A stretch of DNA of 63,334 nucleotides, counting the filler, from Octopus bimaculoides (taxonomy: Eukaryota): NCBI RefSeq assembly GCF_001194135.2. It is 6 parts of 5 records of this genome, joined end to end, with 100 filler letters (N's around TTAATTAATTAA, not from the genome) between each part and the next. Parts side by side here need not be neighbours in the genome. Positions count along the whole stretch, not along the records: positions 50,311 to 59,626 come from NC_068995.1; positions 59,727 to 63,334 come from NC_068982.1; 4 more parts are not named here. One strand, 5' to 3'. This document shows, piece by piece, positions 53,680-63,334 of the stretch. Below the pieces are notes generated by a model, which saw nothing but the letters and a program-made list of their open reading frames with translations, was not told the DNA's origin and searched no databases. The position numbers were made by a program, and so were the translations under genes. Positions within the stretch are counted from its first letter, which is position 1, and each line of letters opens with the position of its first letter.

Positions 53680-55935
53680 TGATGTTGTCAACCCGTTTTA
53701 ATTTAATTACAATTCAAGATGTCATTCTTGATTCACTCACTGTTTTCAAAAGCATTTCTTTCTCTCTACAAGGGAATGACAATAATTTAGACGCATATAT
53801 AGACACAATTTCTAAATTCCCTCTCAGTACTACTATAAAGATAAAATATTGGTAATTCTGACAAAACAAACCGACTACAAAGGAGAGCCAAGACACCCGG
53901 AGAAAGTGAATAAAATCAAAACATTAATTAACGAATACCAAGATCCTTTCACAAACAGAGAAAAAAACTACTTATGCAACTCTGTAATATATAAAAAGTA
54001 AGGTCCAAAATACAGAGAGCCATAAATGGACAGAGTATCCAGTACATAATACTCAAGCCTACAGACCTCAAACTGAGACCAATAGATGCTGTGCTTCAGG
54101 CCCCAATGCAACTGAGCCATCTTTTGAATATAGTCCTCAAATCTTTCTACCCATTAACACCCAGCTATATATGAGACAACATGAATTTCATTCCATCTAC
54201 TGTCCCAGAAGGTACTATACTTACAATGTCACTAGCCTTTATACTAATATACCTCACACTTTGGGCCTGGAAGCAACTGGGTAGAAAAATATAGAGGGAC
54301 AGATAAATGAACGCTTCAAAATGGCCTTCATTACCAAAGCTACATATCTGCTACTAGAAGAGAACACCTTTAGATTTGATAATAAAATATATCGATATAT
54401 AAAGGGCACAGTTATGGGGACAAGGTTAACACCCACATGTGCTAGGAAAAGCGGCATAACTACAGGGTTTACCCCCCACCTCAGACTTTGGGAGGTCATA
54501 ACTTTCAGAAAAATTAAATTTTAATGAAATTTTCTATGCATATAGTATTTACTATGTAGAATCCGAATATACAAAAATTTCCGGTGAAAGTGTTTTGGAA
54601 TGGGGGTGGGGGACAATTTTCGGAAATTCCAACAGAGTCCACTTAAATTCTTCTTAACATCCAGGAAAATTAATATTTTTTCGTGAAATTTTCTACAAAT
54701 ATACCTTGATGTATGTACATTTCGAGCATGTAGAAATTTTGAAGGAAACAACTGCAGGTTATTTTTGAGAAGCGTTCCCCACTCGGTGGTGTTTCGGAAC
54801 AAGTCGTCCATATTTGTTTCATTTTTCNNNNNNNNNNNNNNNNNNNNNNNNNNNNNNNNNNNNNNNNNNNNNNNNNNNNNNNNNNNNNNNNNNNNNNNNN
54901 NNNNNNNNNNNNNNNNNNNNNNNNNNNNNNNNNNNNNNNNNNNNNNNNNNNNNNNNNNNNNNNNNNNNNNNNNNNNNNNNNNNNNNNNNNNNNNNNNNNN
55001 NNNNNNNNNNNNNNNNNNNNNNNNNNNNNNNNNNNNNNNNNNNNNNNNNNNNNNNNNNNNNNNNNNNNNNNNNNNNNNNNNNNNNNNNNNNNNNNNNNNN
55101 NNNNNNNNNNNNNNNNNNNNNNNNNNNNNNNNNNNNNNNNNNNNNNNNNNNNNNNNNNNNNNNNNNNNNNNNNNNNNNNNNNNNNNNNNNNNNNNNNNNN
55201 NNNNNNNNNNNNNNNNNNNNNNNNNNNNNNNNNNNNNNNNNNNCGAGTGGGGAACGCTTCTCAAAAATAACCTGCAGTTGTTTCCTTCAAAATTTCTACA
55301 TGCTCGAAATGTACATACATCAAGGTATATTTGTAGAAAATTTCACGAAAAAAATATTAATTTTCCTGGAAGTTAAGAAGAATTTAAGTGGACTCTGTTG
55401 GAATTTCCGAAAATTGTCCCCCACCCCCATTCTAAAACACTTTCACCGGAAATTTTTGTATATTCGGATTCTACATAGTAAATACTATATGCATAGAAAA
55501 TTTCATTAAAAAATATTCATTTTTCTGAAAGTTATGACCTCCCAAAGTCTGGGGGGTAAAACCCTGTAGTTATGCCGGAAAAGCTTTACAAGGAAGTAGA
55601 ATGAAAAATGAAAAATCCGATTGATGAAAACCTCTTACAAAACAGTAAATGCCAGTCAAAAAACCTTAAAAAACACCTCACAAGGGCAAAATTCACATCT
55701 GAGAATGAATAAGAGTTCTCTGTAAAGGAATGTGGAGATAGCACATGTGGAACATGCAATAGCTTCAAATATTTAGACAGTGGTTGGTTCCGACATAAAA
55801 TTCAAGAGTGGATTCTTGTTCAAAGTAAATGCAGATATGAACTGCACAGGATTTCATACACTGCATTACTTGCTCCTGCTGCAATGACAATTATATCAGC
55901 GAAACCAATGTAACGGACACCAGACATAACTAACG
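53680..55935 (+). mobile_element. Decayed Penelope-like element (RT, C-x4-C-x2-C linker, GIY-YIG), interrupted by a TIR element
   Basis: LKLRPI, NVTSLYTNIPH, ENTFRFDNKIYRYIKGTVMGTRLTPTCA, then after the insertion KECGDSTCGTC and CITCSCCNDNYISET. Confidence 0.8.
54453..55576. mobile_element. Non-autonomous DNA transposon with TIRs of at least 333 bp and an 8-bp TSD (Merlin- or MULE-like termini)
   Basis: Ends GGCATAACTACAGG...CCTGTAGTTATGCC. GGAAAAGC at 54445-54452 and 55577-55584. The centre is a gap. Confidence 0.9.
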
Positions 55936-56265
55936 CATTGTATTCATAGCCTTAGATTGAGTTAGTTAGGAAGCAGCAGCAAGCTAAAAATAGATTGACA
56001 GCTCCCGTAGTGAAAATCTTAAATTGGCACCCTTTTTGTAAATCAGCAGCAGGATTTCACCATAGCTAAAAATAGATTGCCTACCTCGCTGCTGACTATA
56101 AATACAGCACAGGGAACAGTTGATAGACAGCCCGAAATTGGTTTCTGACGTGTTGAGTTGTGATTTTGGTTGAAGAAAGCGTTGCGGTGAGTCGGAGTTT
56201 TTGTTGTTGTTGTTGAAGATATTGTTATATTTTATTGTTGGAAATACCGTTACTGTTGAACTTCA

Positions 56266-57579
56266 TTGAATAATTTTGTTGCAATACCCATTGTGGGTAT
56301 GAATACACCAAGTTACGCTGCGGCAGCAGGCAAAAGCCTGTCTGCCAATACTATGGAGATAACAGAGATTAAAATGGGCTTGAAGAAAATTTTAAGCCAT
56401 AAAAAATTAATTACGAAAGAAGGTGACTGCCTTAGGGTGACGCCTCCTAAAGAGGACACGAAACGTGCAGAGAAAAAAATTGATAGTGTGCAGAACACTA
56501 AAGGTGGAAAGGAAAAAAATCGAAATAGCTGCGACTGAAGAAATAGAGAAATGTCTTACCCAAGTGAAGGATAAGACAACCTTTTATTCCAGAGGACGAA
56601 AATTTGGCACAGTAGAGGTGCGGTTCAGAAATGAGGAAGAAGCGAAGAAGTACGCTTCGGTAGCCTTAAGAACTGAAAAGTGGGCACTCTTGACAACTTA
56701 CTGCGGCAAACGTGCCGTGAGAATAAGAATTGGCAGAGTGCCCCCAGAAATTAACGAGGAATGGCTGGTGACAGCCATCATTTATAATTGTAAAGAAGAA
56801 GTGGAAGTGGTGAAGGTAGAAAAGTCTAAAGAGATTAACTGGTGAGGATTTGGATTGGAAGTCCTAATCTATGTATCCCTACTGGATCTGCATAATATCG
56901 CAGAAGAGTTAGTGCTCCCTGGTGACACCCGACTGAGGGTAGTGGTGGAGGGGAGGCCGCCCTTATGCTACAAATATAGAAGTAGGGGACACATGCAGGC
57001 GGTGTGTCCCCGAAGAGAGGTACAGGTAGAAGAGACAGAGGTCAGCGTAGAAGAAGTGGAATGCGAAAGAAAGGTGGAAGATGTGGAGGAAACTGCAACG
57101 GAAAGAAAGAGAGCACGGACCGAATCGCCACCAAAGAATTCAAAAAAGAAAGGGAAAAAGAATACAGTGAAGGAAAAGGAAGATATAGAGATTCGAACCC
57201 AAGAACCCGAGGATACAGATAAATATGCAAGAGAATCGGAGAGCGCGGCGAAAATTGAAGAGTGGGAGTGGTTGGTGGAGGAGAGGCTGTGCGAAGCAGC
57301 GATATTTGAGAGACCGACAAGAAAACATTACCGTACGTTAATGTACTATGAAAAAGATATAGAGTTTGAAAAAAGAATTTCGCAAATAAAAGGGCTGGAT
57401 GGATCCGGTGATAATCGTAGGATAAGATAAAGCTGCATTGGTGGAAGTGAGTGTGGTGAAGAGACTGAAAGAGTTATACCCGAAAAAAATTGTAGAGAGT
57501 GGGCTATATGTGCGATATAATTAACTGCCAAAAGTAATAACACCAGAGGCAATATTGCCTTATATAGTGATTGAAGAGT
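56266..57579 (+). pseudogene. ORF1/Gag-like protein (RRM-like segments plus a degenerate CCHC knuckle) of a Tx1/L1-type retroelement, disrupted
   Basis: SYAAAA N-terminus; GTVEVRFRNEEEAKKY; VRIRIGRVPPEI; EGRPPLCYKYRSRGHMQAVCP. In-frame TGA at 56843 and frameshifts near 56520 and 57420. Confidence 0.7.
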
Positions 57580-57691
57580 AAAAAAAGATCTTAAACTGTA
57601 TAAGAACTGTATGAAAAGAACAGTCAAATGAAGCTACGAGTTTTGGGGGGCTCGTAAGCCATTTCATCAATTCATTGTAATTCATTTCATT

Positions 57692-58067
57692 TGTAGTGAC
57701 GTCACATTGGCGCCAAAAGGCCGACGCCATTGCTGAATCCTTAACCACGCATGCGTGGGTTTCAACATCGAAGCGTTCCCGCTATTAGACTGTCTCTTAC
57801 CAAGCCAGACAGCGACCAAGCAAGACGTCTAAGCAAGCTCTCCCATTTGAGTGTGGTTGAACCAAGTTGTCTCTATAACGACACCGGCTCGAAGAACCGT
57901 ACATCTACATTTCAGGCTACTCTAAAACCGGACAATTAGAGGCTGTTTTATTTTCCACCGAACAATAAATACTTGTTGTTGTTGATCAGTTTGGAGTTTC
58001 TGCGTTCAGTTCTCTTTCAATTTAATGTAGGAAAGTTAGGTGTATATCTAAAGATATATAACCCACT
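57692..58067. mobile_element. LTR with TGTAGTG...CACT(ACA) termini
   Basis: Starts TGTAGTGAC and runs into the gap at ...ACCCACT. TATAA near 57875 and AATAAA at about 57964 on the plus strand. Confidence 0.65.
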
Positions 58068-58167
58068 NNNNNNNNNNNNNNNNNNNNNNNNNNNNNNNNN
58101 NNNNNNNNNNNNNNNNNNNNNNNNNNNNNNNNNNNNNNNNNNNNNNNNNNNNNNNNNNNNNNNNNNN

Positions 58168-59626
58168 GTTTCTTCGGCCAGTGCACTGTACGGCCAGACC
58201 TAGTGACATAGGGTTCATTTGTGGTCATTCTCAACGACGAAGGTGGAGTTTTCACAGGTGTATGTGTTGGTGATGGTGATGATAATGGTGTATGCGTTGG
58301 TGATGGTGTTGATAATGGTGTATGCGTTGGTGATGGCGTTGATAATGGTGTTGACAAAGGTTGAAAGGGGGGGCATGTCAGTATTGTCAACGGAAGATGT
58401 AGTTTTATCAAAATACGCCTTCTTCAGACGGTCGACAGACACGGTCTCCGTACGACCATTAGCGTCTATTTAAAAAAAATTTGGGTGTGCGAGAGAGCAC
58501 ACGAAAGGGTCCTTTATAAGGAGAAACAAGGGGTCCTCTGACAGAATCATCCCTAACAAACACGTGTGACCAAGTATCAATGTCTGATGGCACTTTAGAA
58601 GGTGGAGATTGTTGCCGGGGTCTCATAGTAGGAAGGTTAGAAAAATAATCTCGTAATCGAGTGACATAGGACGCTGGATTTGGAGGCTGTGATTTGTCTG
58701 GTACCAACATCGTACCAGGCAATGCAAGTGTGGTACCATACAATAATTCTGCTGCAGAAAACCCAAGGTCTGCTTTAACCGCAGTCCGGCATCCAAGAAG
58801 GACAATAGGAAGAAATTCACTCCATGACTGTGGATTGGGCGAGGCACACAATGCGGCCTTTAGTTGCCTATGAAAACGCTCCACCATCCCATTAGAAGCG
58901 GGACGGTAGCTGGTGGTGCGTATATGATGCACCCCCAGGATTCATGATAACTCACGAAATAATGCGGCTTCAAATTGTCGACCACGATCCGTGGTCAAGC
59001 TGGACGATACGCCGAACCTAGAAACCCAACCAGAAACGAAAGCTCGTGCAACAGTCTCAGAAGTAATATCTGCTATAGGAATGGCTTCTGGCCAGCGGGA
59101 GAAACGATCAACACAAGTTAACAGATATGAGAACCCGCGACTCACAGGCCATGGTCCAACCAAACAAGGTGAACATGGCGAAAACGGGCCTCTGGAGAAG
59201 GAAATTGTCCAAGAGGGGCACGAACATGCCTATGGATTTTCGCACTCTGGCACTTCATGCAAGAGCGTGCCCAAGTGGTAATTGATCGCCGCATGTTGGC
59301 CAGAAAAACCAAGCAGTGACAAGTTTTACTGTTGCAGAGATGCCTGGATGTGACAAGGAATGAAGGGCATCAAAAACAGAACGTTGATGGTTCTCAGGTA
59401 CTAAAGGCCTAGGAGAACCGGTGGATGTGTCACACAATATACAGCCCTCTGATGAAGGGAGCGGAAGATAGGCAAATTTACAATTGTTGAATTTTGGCGA
59501 AGTTAAATCTAACTCCGACAAAAGAGGTTGGTCCTGCGAAATAGCAAGTAAATCAATTGTTGCAGGAGAGAAAATAGAACTGACAGGGAGTCTCGAGAGA
59601 GCATCAGCAGGGATGTTCTCCTTCCC
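58168..59626 (-). mobile_element. Gypsy/Ty3 LTR retrotransposon pol fragment (RNase H end, H2C2 region, integrase core, GPY/F, TRSGR tail), frameshifted
   Basis: GKENIPADALSR; HSLSHPGISAT; [15 protein letters not shown]; TTDRGRQFE; NGMVERFHRQLK; PYKGPFRVL; YVTRSGR. Confidence 0.93.
58261..58350 (-). repeat. In-frame 30-bp tandem repeat x3 in the integrase C-terminal linker (STPSPTHTPL)
   Basis: tatgcgttggtgatggtgttgataatggtg units at 58261, 58291 and 58321. Confidence 0.9.
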
Positions 59627-62600
59627 NNNNNNNNNNNNNNNNNNNNNNNNNNNNNNNNNNNNNNNNNNNNTTAATTAATTAANNNNNNNNNNNNNNNNNN
59701 NNNNNNNNNNNNNNNNNNNNNNNNNNTATATATATATATATATATATATACGTACATACATGCATGCATACATACATACATACATACATACATACATACA
59801 TACATACATAAGTTCCTGCCTCTTTCTGTCTGGTTGTCTCACTTTTTTAATATTCACTTTTCTCACACTTTCCATGCAATATATACACATACATACATAT
59901 ATGTATATATAGGCACATGTATGTATGTATGGGTATATATTGTATGCAAAGTGCGAGAGAAGTGAATATGAAAAAGTGAGTCCGCAAGATAGAAAGAGGC
60001 ACATAGTTATATTCAGCCATTACAGATTACGAAAAACAATGAAGAAAAGGAAAAGAAGATAAAAACCGAAACCGACAGTAATATATTCACAATGTTCATA
60101 TAAATGTAAACATAACAGTGATTCTATAAAATTATAGCACAAACAAAATGTGGGTTAAACATTCAAATATGTTTTAGCGTTTACCTGAACACAAAAGTCA
60201 CCGCATAACTAAATTACCGTTTTGGCCGACATATTTCGATAACTGTTAGCACAATCAATGAATAAAATTATTGAAACAAATATAAAAAAGTAAAAAGAAA
60301 AACAAAAACGATTTGTAAATTAGTCTGAATATTTAAATTGACAAGATGGAGATGAAACTATTTCAATACATCAGACTTAAATAGCTAGGCCGTTAAGAAT
60401 GTACAGTATACGTGTATACAATTTATATTTACGTGTCTGTGTAAGTTAACAGGCTGTCGGTTGGTAAGAGGAAGGGAAATCAGAGAACTGATTTCTGATG
60501 TTATATAACACAAAATATAAACTTAGATTATATAGTATCAGAGATTATACACATATTTCAATTATTTTATTTTATGTTATCATCAGAGAGGAAAATGAAA
60601 TCTGTTACGCTAAACAAGATACTAAGAATTAACATGTTTCCAATGAATAAATCTAATCGTAGAGGAGGGATTTTTAACAAACTTGGTTAGAGTGACAAGG
60701 ATAAGGATTTAAGAAAATAATTTTGTCTCATCTCACTTTTTGTTTCTCGAGACAATGGAAACAGTAGATTAGCGATATTGAAAATCCTGATGATAATTTT
60801 TTTAAACGTACAATAGAAATACCCAAGCTGCAATTATGAAAATAAAATTTAATCATGCTGTAAAAAGTTCCCTAGATTTACATGCCAAATTAATAAATAT
60901 TAAGAGGTTTCATTCCTGTATGTTACATACTTGGCATCAATTTTTCTACTGCTTTAGAATACGTTGTTGTTTAGCAACTGATAATAAGCTATATCCTAAT
61001 ATATAAAAGTGCGTATATTTCTTTAGAAGTTGTTTAAAAAAAAGATTCGATCACACGATATTTTTGGAGCCTATGAGGTATTAGCATTAACCAAATAATT
61101 ACATCCATTGTGTGCGAAAGTGCATTTCTTGAATACATGCACATCTTTGTATATCAATGTATGTGTTTAGACTTTGACTATATTTTGAATACACAAGATA
61201 TTCCTCATGTGGCAAAATCATCTAGATACAGATGCTGTCTCCCAAACATTATGAGAAACATTCTTCCCATTCTTATGGTTTGTCATATAAACATTTTCAT
61301 CCGTTTATTACTATATTGGTAACATATGAGATCATTACTACATGTATTGAGGATATAACTGGTGTATGAGAGTATTGAAGTCTTGTGGTTTGTATACATG
61401 TATGTAAAATAACTGGTAGACAACATTTATTATTTCAACGCTGCTAGATGTTACTGTTTGTGATTTACTTATATTAACGTCAATAACGATGTTGTTGATT
61501 TTGTGTGTTTTTTAAATACTTTGTTGTTTGTTTTATGTGTTTTTTACTGTTTCGGTGTTATGTTTATTATACGCAGCGTAAAATATCTTGTACGTGTTCG
61601 CTTGAAATTTTGTCGTTTCAGACTTTCGACTTTGTTGTTTATAGATAGAATTGTTGATTGCCTCGTTAATGTAGTGTTGTATGTCAAAACAGGTTTTGCG
61701 GTTAAAGATCGATTGTAGCCGTTTGAAGTAATGCAATCGATACATCTTATATGAATCTTTTAGTAATATACGAATGACTTTTTAATCAATTAGTCTAATG
61801 GCAAGAAATCACATCATTAGGTCAGATATAACTTATTCAGGTCTATATATAGAAGAAATTCAATAATAATTGTTTTGCGTAGCAGCTTGTGTCATAGTCA
61901 CTAAGTATAATTCTTTTTCCTCTCAACACAGCTACTAATTTTAGAATTATTTTAACTGGTTCTGCAGGATAAGAGTTCTTTTTATTCCTTTCTTGTTTTT
62001 TTTTCTTTCTTTCTTTTTTTTTTCATAGATCTCACATTTTCTTCTATCTATTTAGAAAATGGATGCATTATTTTGATTCCTTTTGTCACCACTCAATTCA
62101 AAACTTGATTTTCCAGGTGTGAGCTATAAACAATTATTTGTGGCATTTATGTCAATTCATAAAGATATAAGAAAACGCCAATCCTGTTGTGCATTTGCTT
62201 CCGGAAGCGGACACAACGCACACATGGAGTTAGGCATTCTGAGTTGGTCATTTTTTGAAATCTATAGGAAACTTCTCATCAATGGATATACATATCTAAC
62301 AAATTGTAATTTTCGATAAATACAAAGAATTTTTATTGACTCAAAGTCCTCTCAAAAAAAGGGTCTAAAGAAATGCTGTTATTTTGAGATTTGTGCATAA
62401 CTAATACGCAAACCTCAAAATGGTGACATTTCTTTCCTAGCTCCTTCATAATAATGGTGAAACTGGAGTAGAGAGCATGTGTTGAATAATATTTGAATAC
62501 ATGAATACATTGAACATGTAAACATATTAATTTCGCTTTTGTTCATTTTTCTTTTATGTAAGTGTATAACCTCTCTCTCTCTCAATTTCTCTTTTTGTAT

Positions 62601-62674
62601 ATTGAGTTTTATATTTCAGACCCATAGACACACATACTTACATATATTTTTGTGTGTGTGTGTGTGCAGATAGT

Positions 62675-62737
<63 letters not shown>

Positions 62738-63221
62738 TTATATATGCAAGAGCATATGGAGAATGATAAGTCGAAATAGGAGTATGCTTTATAGTTTGAC
62801 TTTATATAATGGACGGCAATATTATCATATTAAGGTTGTTCCACGATTTTAATACCGGAGGAATATATTTGTCTCAGAATATATTCTTCGAATCAATATG
62901 CATTGCACTCGTTTATAGCTTTCATAAATGCAGTCGATTCCAGTGCGAATTAGACATGAAAGTATTTTCATAGCGCGTCTGAAACTAAGCCAGGATATAC
63001 CATACAACAATAAATTTTAAAACGAGAACTTGTAGCTAGAGCCAATTCAATCAGATGATACTTTTCTGATATAACGTTTCAGTATTCTTTCATTAGTATA
63101 ATTTTATGATTCATTTTTTTAAGCAATACTGCAAAAATTTCAGTCGCATTCTAGAGTGTAGTTATGAACACATACGCACACAAGCACACACACACGCACG
63201 CACACGCACATACGCACACGC

Positions 63222-63260
<39 letters not shown>

Positions 63261-63334
63261 CATATATATATATATTCATGTACATATATGTAAATACATA
63301 TCAGTGAATGTAAATATATATATATATATATATG

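Noticed and set aside
62185-62220. GCTTCCGGAAGC palindrome (ETS-like) within an imperfect hairpin
   Set aside because: Short, with no supporting promoter or repeat context.

Overview
AT-rich, microsatellite-saturated eukaryotic scaffold with about 22 N-gaps (~8 kb). The SINE families and repeat texture resemble an octopus (coleoid cephalopod) genome; this is inferred from recognition, not from a search. No intact host protein-coding gene is supported, and most long ORFs in the track are microsatellite or gap artefacts. The recognisable coding remnants are all decayed transposons: two Penelope-like elements (RT + GIY-YIG), an R4/Dong-like LINE, two mariner transposases, a Gypsy integrase with a nearby LTR, an ORF1-like RRM/zinc-knuckle element, and short REL- and APE-endonuclease scraps. 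Many tRNA-derived SINEs are also present. The strongest unexplained signal is a set of minimal type I hammerhead ribozymes in at least four sequence families: 3 canonical-core intact copies, 2 CUGUUGA-core variants and several decayed ones. Several sit in inverted pairs. Two short asymmetric fold-back elements are bounded by 12-13 bp target-site duplications (25765-26131, with hammerheads; 33641-33895, without), which points to retro-mobilised hairpin elements. A long-TIR element with an 8-bp TSD interrupts a Penelope RT.
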